NCBI GenBank assembly: GCA_049322915.1
Contig: JBMOPW010000007.1
Coordinates: 340,246 to 404,245 of the forward strand
Length of the DNA stretch: 64,000 bases
Direction: 5' to 3'
From: Candidatus Zhuqueibacterota bacterium
GTDB lineage: Bacteria; Zhuqueibacterota; Zhuqueibacteria; Thermofontimicrobiales; Thermofontimicrobiaceae
Positions 8,404-17,275 of the stretch are shown one piece after another. Below the pieces are notes generated by a model. That model was not told the DNA's origin and did no database searches. It saw only the letters and a program-made list of their open reading frames with translations. The first letter of the stretch is position 1; every line of letters begins with the position of its first letter. Position numbers and translations under genes: made by a program.

Positions 8404-10107
8404 ATGAAACTGAAACGAATATTTTTATCATTCATTATTTTTTCTCTGATGATTCCCATGCTCGCTCACGGCCAGACAGCGAAAGGAAAAGAACTTCTCC
8501 AACAGGGCAAGATCGATGAAGCGCTCCAAGAGCTACATAAGGTGATTGTGAAATATCCGAAGAGCGAGGAAGCATGGCTATTGTTGGGCGAAACGTATTT
8601 GAAGGCGGGAAAGACAGATTCCGCATTGATCGCCGGAGAGCGCGTCGTAAAGCTCAATAAAAAGAATGTCCAGGCTTATATATTTCTATCCGATGTAAAT
8701 CTGGCTACAAATAACTACGCCAGCGCATCCAAAGTCCTCGAGACAGGATTGGTGCCTAACAAAAATAATTCAACGCTGTTGACTAAACTTGGCTATACGT
8801 ATTTGGCCGCTGATTCTGCGGATGAGGCGCTGGTCGCATTCTCTAAAGCCAAAGAATATGAACCTGATAATTCGGCGATTCATAATGGCATTGGTGACGC
8901 CTATATGAAGCAGGGCTTCACCGCCATGGCCATTATTTCTTTTGAGAAAGCCCTGGAACTCGATTCAACGAATGCGCCCATTCGGTACAAAATAGCCAAA
9001 GCGTACACCAAAGACCGGCGATACGATAAAGCCGCTCAAACCTATCTGAAGATCGTCCAACTCGATACGACCAATATGGAAGCGCTATTGGAATTGGGGC
9101 AACTCTTTTATTCAGCAAAACAGTATACCAACGCGGCCAGATTCCTGCACCGGTACATCCAACGGGAAGATGAAAGCCAGGAAGTGTTGGAGCATTACAT
9201 GGAATCTGCGTACCTAGGTCGGTTTTATGAGGACGCGCTGAATGCAGCCGAGGCATACTTCAAAATATCTCCGCAGTCGTTGCGTGCGAAGCAGATTATC
9301 GGCCACTCACAATATGAACTCAAGCAATACCAAAATGTCATTAAAACTTACAATGAACTGAGCGCGCAGGATACTCTTGAATTCGAAGAGATACGCCGTT
9401 TGGGAAAAGCATATTTGTACTCAAGCCAGGATTCGCTGGCTGAAAAAACATTGCTTCAGGTGATTGAAAAAGATCCGACGCAGACTGAAATATACGGTGA
9501 TCTGGGCGCAATTTACATGCGCTTGAAAAAATGGGACAAGGCTGCGGCAATGTTCGAGCAGAAGTTTGAGAGAGACTCCACGTCTGTCGCTTCCTACCTC
9601 AATTATGCGTTGTCGAATATGGTGCTTGAGCGCTGGGAGCTGTCCCGAAAGGCGCTCCGCACCGCGTTGAAATTAAAGACAGACTATTTACCAGCTCACA
9701 TGTACCTCGGTAGTGTGCTCATGCAAACAGATTCGCTGGATGCAGCAAAGGAAGAATATAAAAAAGTAATCACCCTGGCTGATACTGCGGTGAGCAAGTA
9801 TAAGAATGAACTTGCTGATGCTCACAAGGGCACAGGAATGGTGTGGCTGCTCAAAGCGGCTCGCATGAACAAAATGATCACCGACGATGATATTGCCGAG
9901 CGTAACCGCAGATTGAATCAGGCATTGGAGTCGTTCAACGTTTCGCTGCGCTTCAAAAATAGTGATGTGGCAACGCATCTTTCTAAGGCACAAACACTTG
10001 CGCTTTTGAATAAGCGCGAAGAAGCCATTGCTGAATACAAAGTTGTGCTCCGGCTCGATCCAAAAAATAAAACCGCACAGGAAGATTTGAAAAAGTTGAC
10101 CCAGTAG
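8404..10107 (+). CDS. Exported multi-TPR protein
   Basis: Signal peptide (AHG-Q) followed by many TPR-like repeats (EAWLLLGETY, AIHNGIGDAY, IYGDLGAIY). Confidence 0.9.
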   Translation: MKLKRIFLSFIIFSLMIPMLAHGQTAKGKELLQQGKIDEALQELHKVIVKYPKSEEAWLLLGETYLKAGKTDSALIAGERVVKLNKKNVQAYIFLSDVNLATNNYASASKVLETGLVPNKNNSTLLTKLGYTYLAADSADEALVAFSKAKEYEPDNSAIHNGIGDAYMKQGFTAMAIISFEKALELDSTNAPIRYKIAKAYTKDRRYDKAAQTYLKIVQLDTTNMEALLELGQLFYSAKQYTNAARFLHRYIQREDESQEVLEHYMESAYLGRFYEDALNAAEAYFKISPQSLRAKQIIGHSQYELKQYQNVIKTYNELSAQDTLEFEEIRRLGKAYLYSSQDSLAEKTLLQVIEKDPTQTEIYGDLGAIYMRLKKWDKAAAMFEQKFERDSTSVASYLNYALSNMVLERWELSRKALRTALKLKTDYLPAHMYLGSVLMQTDSLDAAKEEYKKVITLADTAVSKYKNELADAHKGTGMVWLLKAARMNKMITDDDIAERNRRLNQALESFNVSLRFKNSDVATHLSKAQTLALLNKREEAIAEYKVVLRLDPKNKTAQEDLKKLTQ

Positions 10108-10147
10108 TTGCAGCAGGTTGTTATTTAATCCATTAGGAGGAATCAGT

Positions 10148-11149
10148 ATGAAAATGAGGCAATTATCGTTTATATTTATCGTTGTCGCCCTGTTCTGGGG
10201 ATGCCAAAAATCCCAGCAGGTATCGCTTATTACAGGATGGGAAAAATATAAAGATCCTTACTTCAAAGTCCAATTTGCCCAACCGGTGAATTGGTTTGTC
10301 AATGCCGAAGGTTCGCGCATTCGGCTTTACTCCAGTCCTCAGTCGGTCGATAAATTCATGACACCAACTGCAAAAGGCGTGGAAGGCGTTCAGTTCATCA
10401 TTTCATTTCAACAGATGGAACAGCTCAAAACGTTGGATGAGTATTCCGCAGAGTATCAGAGCGAGTTATCCGCTTCTGGCCTGATGTTGAAAACTGAAAA
10501 GAAATCAGTTGATAATATCGACGCCGCGCTGTTCGAATACACCGAAGTGTACGGTAAAAACGCCAAAGTAACAACCATCGAGACAGTGGCTATTAAAGAT
10601 ACCGTGCTTTACATCATTGGGTACAAAGCGTTCAACGAATTGGCGACTATGTACCGGCCGGCCCTCGACACGCTATTGGCTTCGATTAAGCTGCCCCAGT
10701 CAAAGGAAAAGCCTTTAGATCCTTCGCTGCCATCGGCAGAGTTTACTTCCTTTTCAAATAATTTCTTGAAAATCTCCCACCCGGACAATTTCTCGTCCGC
10801 CGTTATACCATTGAAAGGCGAGACTAAATTTTCTTTGGAACTCAAAGGCTATCGTCAGGATAGCAACATCAGAATCGATATCCTGCCGGCCAAAGGATTA
10901 ACCGTGGAGAAAGTGGTTGAACAGAATATCGCCAAATTCCCCAGAGCTGTGGGCCCCAATGAAACGACAATCAGCGGCCAGAAAGCGCTGTCACTCAACT
11001 ATTCGCCAGCAAAAGAAATTTCCAGCCGCGTCTATTTCACAGTGAAAAACGACCAGGTCTATCGAATCATCATGAACTACTATCAGCCCATGAAAGAAAG
11101 CTTTTTACCGGCATTCGAAAAGACAGTTTCATCCTTGCAAATTCTGTAA
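10148..11149 (+). CDS. Lipoprotein with two PsbP/Mog1-like repeats
   Basis: AGGAGG RBS before ATG 10148; lipobox FWGC; two internal repeats (WEKYKDPYFKVQFAQPVNW and FTSFSNNFLKISHPDNF, each ending ..LASIKL/..VSSLQI). Fold assignment by pattern only. Confidence 0.65.
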   Translation: MKMRQLSFIFIVVALFWGCQKSQQVSLITGWEKYKDPYFKVQFAQPVNWFVNAEGSRIRLYSSPQSVDKFMTPTAKGVEGVQFIISFQQMEQLKTLDEYSAEYQSELSASGLMLKTEKKSVDNIDAALFEYTEVYGKNAKVTTIETVAIKDTVLYIIGYKAFNELATMYRPALDTLLASIKLPQSKEKPLDPSLPSAEFTSFSNNFLKISHPDNFSSAVIPLKGETKFSLELKGYRQDSNIRIDILPAKGLTVEKVVEQNIAKFPRAVGPNETTISGQKALSLNYSPAKEISSRVYFTVKNDQVYRIIMNYYQPMKESFLPAFEKTVSSLQIL

Positions 11150-11608
11150 TGAATTTTTTCTGTAGTTCGACGCATTGCATGTGTTAGAAAGAATTTGTTT
11201 CAAAGAATCACCGATCCAAACCGCGAGCGCTGCTCACGCAGATTCACCAAATCGAAACCGTGGGCAGCAACAACGCATAGCACATGGCCTCTGGCTGCCA
11301 AAACGAATCTGGCGCATGTGTTCAGCGGCTCGCGAATCTTCTTATCTCTGTTCTCATTTTAAAATTTTTGCCGAAACGCCACGGCATTGAAATTGCCGGG
11401 TGAACCGCTGCAGGAAGATGTATTTCTTTTTGTGTACTTCATCGGAATGACCTGCACCCACGGCTGCTCATTGCAGAAGCAGAGTAGGCGTTGAAAATCA
11501 GTCATGCCTGAGTCGGATTTTCTGTCCAGGCATGCTGCGTGACCATGTTTGTACTGTATTAAGCCACCGTTGTTTTAACGTGCAGTTACAATTGACAGGA
11601 GCGACGAA

Positions 11609-12016
11609 GTGGAATTCGATTTTGGAATCATTTTTTTGTTTGTAATTCTGGGTATGGGATTTATTCTGGCGGCCTTGCTTGTCGGGAGGTTCGTTCGACC
11701 CGGTCGTCTGCGCAAGGAGCGAGACGCTACGTATGAATGCGGAGAAGCGCCCATCGGGGAAAGCTGGTATAATTTCAATCCGCGGTTCTACATGTTAGCC
11801 ATTCTCTTTCTCATCTTCGATGTAGAATTGGCGGTGACCTACCCGGTGATTGCTGTGCTGCGCAACTGGGGCGAACGCGGCCTGGGGCTGATCGCATTTC
11901 TTGAAATTTTGCTTTTCGTCGTCATCATCGTTACCGGTCTTGTATTTTTATGGGTTCGGGGCGATCTGGAATGGATAAAAAAGATTGAATTGTTAGGACA
12001 AGAGGAAAAGATATGA
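11609..12016 (+). CDS. nuoA: NADH-quinone oxidoreductase subunit A
   Basis: [32 protein letters not shown] start with AGGAG RBS. Confidence 0.95.
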   Translation: MEFDFGIIFLFVILGMGFILAALLVGRFVRPGRLRKERDATYECGEAPIGESWYNFNPRFYMLAILFLIFDVELAVTYPVIAVLRNWGERGLGLIAFLEILLFVVIIVTGLVFLWVRGDLEWIKKIELLGQEEKI

Positions 12017-12522
12017 TGAATGAATACGCCTGGGGCGAAGGACTGGCCATACCCACCAAACTGGATTGGCTCATTAACTGGCCTCGAAAGAATTCGCTGT
12101 GGTACCTGCTATTTGCGACTGCCTGCTGCGGAGTGGAACTTATGCAAACCGGCGGCCCTCGCACAGATTTAGATCGCTTTGGAATGGTGTTCCGGGCCTC
12201 GCCGCGACAGGCAGATATTTTGCTGGTCGCCGGAACAATTACTTATAAAATGGCTGATGCGGTGCGGCGTCTTTATGACCAGATGCCGGAACCAAAATAT
12301 GTACTGGCCATGGGCTCGTGCGCCAATTGCGGTGGATTGTTTCAATTGAGCTATTCAGTCGTGAAGGGCGTTGATAAAATTGTCCCGGTGGATATTTATC
12401 TGGCCGGTTGTCCGCCCCGTCCCGAAGCATTGAATGAAGCGCTGATCAGTATTCAAAAGAGAATGGAAAAGGATCACTGGGCGCAGCGCATGAATATAGA
12501 TTCGGAGGCATTGGCTCTATGA
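12013..12522 (+). CDS. nuoB: NADH-quinone oxidoreductase subunit B
   Basis: TACCGVE tandem Cys, [22 protein letters not shown] (N2 cluster ligands). Confidence 0.96.
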   Translation: MMNEYAWGEGLAIPTKLDWLINWPRKNSLWYLLFATACCGVELMQTGGPRTDLDRFGMVFRASPRQADILLVAGTITYKMADAVRRLYDQMPEPKYVLAMGSCANCGGLFQLSYSVVKGVDKIVPVDIYLAGCPPRPEALNEALISIQKRMEKDHWAQRMNIDSEALAL

Positions 12523-13061
12523 CTCTCACAGAGGTTCTTCATTCTCTACAAAAACACCTTCCTGATATTACATTGGACCAGCAACAAAGTGAAAAGGGCG
12601 ATTCCTGGATTGTAGCGCCGGCCGAGGAAATTCTTCGTGTGCTGTCCTGCCTGAAAAATGATCTGGGCATCTCCTACTTAGCCTGTCTTTCGGGCGTGGA
12701 TAATGAAAGCGCATTCGGCGTTGTCTATCATCTTCGCTCGCTGAAGGATAAAATTGATGTCACCATCAAGGCGGCGTTGCCAAAGGAAAATCCCGGCATA
12801 GCATCGGTCAGCGGCCTTTTCGCGGTTGCTCAATGGTTCGAGCGGGAAACATTTGATATGCTTGGCATTCAATTTCAAGGTCATCCTGATTTGAGACGCA
12901 TCTTGTTACCAGAAGACTGGGTCGGCTATCCTTTGCGCAAAGATTATCAACCGCCAACCGAATATAATGGCATTCCGGCGGACCGGCCTGATGCGCATGC
13001 ACTGTTTGATAAATTTTATCCGAAACCCAAACCAGCAGATGACCCGTCTCAGGCATCTTAA
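12519..13061 (+). CDS. nuoC: NADH-quinone oxidoreductase subunit C
   Basis: [38 protein letters not shown]. Confidence 0.95.
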   Translation: MTLTEVLHSLQKHLPDITLDQQQSEKGDSWIVAPAEEILRVLSCLKNDLGISYLACLSGVDNESAFGVVYHLRSLKDKIDVTIKAALPKENPGIASVSGLFAVAQWFERETFDMLGIQFQGHPDLRRILLPEDWVGYPLRKDYQPPTEYNGIPADRPDAHALFDKFYPKPKPADDPSQAS

Positions 13062-13103
13062 CGAATTTGAAAAAAGTACGGTAGAAATTTAAGGACGGTT
13101 TAC

Positions 13104-14237
13104 ATGACCAAATTGGCTGTAGAGACTCTGGATAACGGATCAACTATCATTAATATGGGACCCCAACATCCTTCCACGCATGGGGTCATCAATTTCAGAT
13201 TAAAACTCACCGGCGAAATAATCGAGACCATCGATCCCAACGTCGGATTCCTGCATCGCGGACTGGAAAAGATCGCGGAAATGGTTCCGTACACCGGCTA
13301 TATTCCCTACACCGATCGTATCGATTACGTTTCAGCGATGTTCTGCAATCAGGGCTGGTGCATGGCAGTCGAGAAACTGCTGGGACTTGAGGTGCCGCGT
13401 CGGGCGGAATACCTGCGCGCCATCGCCTGCGAATTGAACCGCATCATCAACCATCTGCTTGCGTGCGGAAGCCTTGCCATGGACTGCGGCGCAGTCACTC
13501 CTTTTCTGCACTGCATCCGCGAGCGCGAGCATGTGAACGACCTGATGGAAAAAATCTGCGGCGCCCGACTGACTTATAATTACATGCGCTTCGGCGGTGT
13601 GTCGTGCGATTATGCGCCGGGACTTGATAAAGAGATTCTCACCTTTATCGACCGGTTTGAAAGGTTCCTGCCGGAATTAAATCGCCTGATCACTGACAAT
13701 GAGATCTTTGTGAATCGATTGATACACCTGGGCGTCATCGATGCGGATTCTGCGATAAGTTACAGTCTTGGCGGACCGAATCTGCGCGCGTCCGGGGTGG
13801 ATTTTGACCTGCGCCGCGATTATTCCTACAGCGCCTATCCTGAATTGAAATTCAAAGTGGTCACAGGCAATGGCTATCGGGGTGAAGTTGGCGATTCGTT
13901 CGCCCGGTACATGGTGCGCATCGACGAGATGAGCGAATCGGCAAAGATTGTACGGCAGGCAATCGAGGGTCTGCCCGAAGGAGAAATTCAAGCGAAAGTG
14001 TCGCGAAATCCGTCCATCGCTCCCGGGGAGATTTATAGCGTCGTCGAAAGCAATCGAGGCGAGCTCGGCTATTACGTGGTGAGCAATGGCACAGATCGGG
14101 CCTTCCGCGCCAGAATCCGAACCGGCTCATACACGGCCATGTCGCTGCTCCAGAAATTTGTGCCGGGACTGATGGTCGCAGATCTCGTGGCGTTCTTTGG
14201 CAGCCTGGATGTCGTAGCGCCGGAAGTCGACCGCTAA
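13104..14237 (+). CDS. nuoD: NADH-quinone oxidoreductase subunit D
   Basis: NMGPQHPSTHGV, GFLHRGLEK, DRIDY, C-terminal DVVAPEVDR; no NiFe CxxC pairs. Confidence 0.95.
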   Translation: MTKLAVETLDNGSTIINMGPQHPSTHGVINFRLKLTGEIIETIDPNVGFLHRGLEKIAEMVPYTGYIPYTDRIDYVSAMFCNQGWCMAVEKLLGLEVPRRAEYLRAIACELNRIINHLLACGSLAMDCGAVTPFLHCIREREHVNDLMEKICGARLTYNYMRFGGVSCDYAPGLDKEILTFIDRFERFLPELNRLITDNEIFVNRLIHLGVIDADSAISYSLGGPNLRASGVDFDLRRDYSYSAYPELKFKVVTGNGYRGEVGDSFARYMVRIDEMSESAKIVRQAIEGLPEGEIQAKVSRNPSIAPGEIYSVVESNRGELGYYVVSNGTDRAFRARIRTGSYTAMSLLQKFVPGLMVADLVAFFGSLDVVAPEVDR

Positions 14238-14382
14238 ATCGACTGGCGCCAATGTATCGCGGCTGATTTATTGGCATGCTGGGAATTGTCTCATCGGCAG
14301 GTAGATTCTTCAATTGAACGATCCTTGTACATGAATTACAGATCGCGTCTTTTTCATATAACCATAGAATGAACGAAGCCTT

Positions 14383-15615
14383 ATGAAAGAACTTTTTCTC
14401 TCTCTGTCAGAAAGCTGGAAACTCAACCCTGCTCAAATGACGCTGGTGACGGTGCTGTGGCTACTGGTTGTGAGCATTCTTGTGCTGGTATTCATGGCCC
14501 TATTCGCCGGCATTACTTCCTGGGCGGAGCGCCGCATCGCCGGACGCATGATGTCCCGAATCGGACCCAATCGCGTTGGGCCGGTGGGATTTCTTCAATG
14601 GCTCGCCGATGGTCTGAAATCTTTCCTCAAAGAAGATGTCATACCCGCGGCCTCGGATCGGCTGATGTTCCGCTTTGCGCCGTACGTTGTTTTCACCGGC
14701 GCATTCGGAGCGTTCGCAGCGCTGCCATTTGGGTACGGCATCGCTGCAACGCATATCGATATCGGCATTGTCTATGTCACAGCGATTGCGACGCTGACGG
14801 TGCTGGGAATTATGATGGCCGGCTGGTCGAGCAACAACAAATGGTCGCTCATCGGCGGCATTCGCAGCGCGGCTCAGATTGTCTCCTACGAAATTCCCTC
14901 GGGGTTGGCAGTGATGTCAATCGTTGTTATTGCCGGCTCGTTGAACATGGAAGAGATTATCAAACAGCAGGGGGGATGGCCCTGGCATTGGTTCATCTTC
15001 CACAATCCGTTTACATTTATTGCTTTCTTCATCTTCTTCGCATCGATTCTGGCTGAAGGAAACCGCACGCCGTTCGATCTGCCCGAGGCAGAGAGCGAAC
15101 TGGTTGCCGGTTATCTCACCGAATATTCCGGAATGCGCTTTGTATTTTTCTTCTTTGCCGAATGGGCGAATCTCTGGGTCATGTCCGCGTTGGTCACCAC
15201 GCTATTTTTAGGCGGCTGGCAGATTCCCGGCATCTCTGACCTGGGCGCCATGCTCGCCACGGCGACATTCCCGATCAAAGCGTTATGGGTGCTGTTGAGC
15301 CTGGTTGTGTTCTGCACCAAAACGTTGATCCTGGTCTTTGTCGTCATCTGGATTCGATGGACTTTGCCCCGCTTGCGCGTTGACCAACTGATGGTCATGT
15401 GCTGGAAATATTTTACACCCATCGGTTTTGTGGCGCTGCTCGGATCGGCATTGTTCAGCATTATGCCGCACTCCGGCGCCTGGTTGTATTTCCACTGGGC
15501 TGTAAAAATCGGGTTGACTGCCCTGGGTTTTACCATTGTACTCATGTTGCTCCTGCGATCCGCATACAATCTTCGTAAATCAAAAGATGAGATTGATTTG
15601 AAAATCTGGATCTGA
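14383..15615 (+). CDS. nuoH: NADH-quinone oxidoreductase subunit H
   Basis: ERRIAGRMMSRIGPNRVG, AQIVSYE, NRTPFDLPEAESELVAGY, RWTLPRLRVDQL. Confidence 0.96.
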   Translation: MKELFLSLSESWKLNPAQMTLVTVLWLLVVSILVLVFMALFAGITSWAERRIAGRMMSRIGPNRVGPVGFLQWLADGLKSFLKEDVIPAASDRLMFRFAPYVVFTGAFGAFAALPFGYGIAATHIDIGIVYVTAIATLTVLGIMMAGWSSNNKWSLIGGIRSAAQIVSYEIPSGLAVMSIVVIAGSLNMEEIIKQQGGWPWHWFIFHNPFTFIAFFIFFASILAEGNRTPFDLPEAESELVAGYLTEYSGMRFVFFFFAEWANLWVMSALVTTLFLGGWQIPGISDLGAMLATATFPIKALWVLLSLVVFCTKTLILVFVVIWIRWTLPRLRVDQLMVMCWKYFTPIGFVALLGSALFSIMPHSGAWLYFHWAVKIGLTALGFTIVLMLLLRSAYNLRKSKDEIDLKIWI

Positions 15616-15718
15616 CAATGCGCGAATCCAGCGAGTGCCCGATCGATGCGCTGTACATGTTTAGCTGTGTTCATTTAAGTATTGAATAAAAACAATTCCA
15701 CGTAACTTATCAGGAGTC

Positions 15719-16306
15719 ATGCCTGTGCCGCACGCTGTGGTGAATTATTTTTCGAGTATCAGAAAAACCTTTGTCTCTATATTTGAAGGAATGGCGGTGA
15801 CTTTATCGTATATGGTTCGAAAACCAATGACGATTCAGTACCCGGATCGCATTCCCAAACCTTTACCGGAGACGTTGCCATCTAATTTTCGTGGCGTTCT
15901 TGAAGTGGATATCAGTACTTGTACCGGCTGTTTAGCCTGCATGAAACGATGCCCAATTGACGTGATTCTCATTGTAACAGAACGAGACCCGGAGACGAAA
16001 AAAAACTTTCTGACCCGATTCGAGATTGATGCGAGTAAATGTATGGTCTGTGGGTTATGCACCGAAGTCTGTCCCACAGGCGCCATCCGTCACAGCACCG
16101 AATTCGAAGCGAGTTCCTGGAATATTATGAATCTGGTCTTGTTGTATGTTCAGCCAGGTGAAAAAGTACCGGTCTATAAAATGGTCAAAGATCAACCCGC
16201 TCAGGGATTGCCGCAGAACAAGCCGTTTCAGCATATTCGCAAGGCCTGGGATAGTCCCGCGCCAATCAAGCTGGACTCCGCCCGCGGCAAAGTTCGCTGG
16301 AAGTAA
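15719..16306 (+). CDS. nuoI: NADH-quinone oxidoreductase subunit I (2x[4Fe-4S])
   Basis: TIQYP, CTGCLACMKRCP and CMVCGLCTEVCP. Confidence 0.93.
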   Translation: MPVPHAVVNYFSSIRKTFVSIFEGMAVTLSYMVRKPMTIQYPDRIPKPLPETLPSNFRGVLEVDISTCTGCLACMKRCPIDVILIVTERDPETKKNFLTRFEIDASKCMVCGLCTEVCPTGAIRHSTEFEASSWNIMNLVLLYVQPGEKVPVYKMVKDQPAQGLPQNKPFQHIRKAWDSPAPIKLDSARGKVRWK

Positions 16307-16411
16307 TGAGTGCGGGTCGTTTTGCGAACCGTGTGCCGGACGTGGGGTAATCAACCGGATCGACAAATCAATATTTGCTGAATAATTTATTGAATCGCAG
16401 GAGGTTTCTGA

Positions 16412-16960
16412 ATGACTCAGATCGCGAGTCAGGCGCTTTCGTATGCGGACGTCTTATTTTATATTTTAACCGGCTTCATTTTGATGTGCGCGCTGGTAGT
16501 CGTCTTCTCTAAAAACATCATTCATTCGGCATTTTCGCTGTTGGGGGTCTTCGCCGGAGTGGCCGGTCTGTACGGTTTAATTGTCGCTAATTTTATCATG
16601 GCTGTCCAGTTGCTGGTGTATGTCGGCGGCGTGCTGGTCATTATTTTGTTCGCCATCATGTTGACGCGAGGCATCAAGGACGTCCGTCAATCCAATCCTT
16701 CGACCGGACTGTTAACCGCCAGCATTATTGGCGTCATCGTGGCGGTTTTGCTCGTCGCTGTCGCCGTCACTTTCCCCTGGAAAATTCAAGCGATGACCGA
16801 CGCCACGTCCACAGTCCCACGGATTGGAAATGCACTGCTGGATCAATATCTGATCCCATTCGAAGTGCTGTCCGTGCTGCTGTTGGCCGCTTTGATCGGC
16901 GCTGTGATGTTAGTCCGCAAAGAAATTAAATCTGAAAACTTAACAGAGGAACAGGAATGA
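16412..16960 (+). CDS. nuoJ: NADH-quinone oxidoreductase subunit J
   Basis: QLLVYVGGVLVIILFAIML, YLIPFEVLSVLLLAALIGA. Confidence 0.95.
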   Translation: MTQIASQALSYADVLFYILTGFILMCALVVVFSKNIIHSAFSLLGVFAGVAGLYGLIVANFIMAVQLLVYVGGVLVIILFAIMLTRGIKDVRQSNPSTGLLTASIIGVIVAVLLVAVAVTFPWKIQAMTDATSTVPRIGNALLDQYLIPFEVLSVLLLAALIGAVMLVRKEIKSENLTEEQE

Positions 16961-17271
16961 ATTTGACCCTTAGCTTGCAGCATTATCTTGTCGTGGCGGC
17001 ATTATTGTTCTCGTTAGGGATTGTCTGCGTCCTCTCCCGGCGCAATGCTATTGGTTTGTTGATGGGGGTGGAACTCATTCTTAACTCCGCCAATATCAAT
17101 CTGATCGCTTTCGCCAATTACATCGAAAATGGCATTTCCGGCCAGGTGTTCGCCCTGTTTGTGATTGTGCTGGCTGCGGCGGAAGCGGCCATTGCCATGG
17201 CAATCGTATTGGCTATTTATCGATCTTTTAAAAATATCGATGTCGCACTGACGGTTAACTTGAAGGAGTAA
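16957..17271 (+). CDS. nuoK: NADH-quinone oxidoreductase subunit K
   Basis: RRNAIGLLMGVELILNSANIN, GQVFALFVIVLAAAEAA. Confidence 0.95.
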   Translation: MNLTLSLQHYLVVAALLFSLGIVCVLSRRNAIGLLMGVELILNSANINLIAFANYIENGISGQVFALFVIVLAAAEAAIAMAIVLAIYRSFKNIDVALTVNLKE

Positions 17272-17275
17272 ACTT

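Noticed and set aside
4767..10107. Tol-Pal or Agl/Glt gliding operon
   Set aside because: No TolB, Pal or other recognisable Glt genes. The TonB has an ordinary TonB_C domain. Kept only as an analogy.
12013..14237. Group 4 [NiFe]-hydrogenase reading of the nuoEFG-less operon
   Set aside because: The large subunit has DRIDY and DVVAPEVDR instead of the two CxxC Ni-binding motifs, and NuoB has the tandem CC of complex I.
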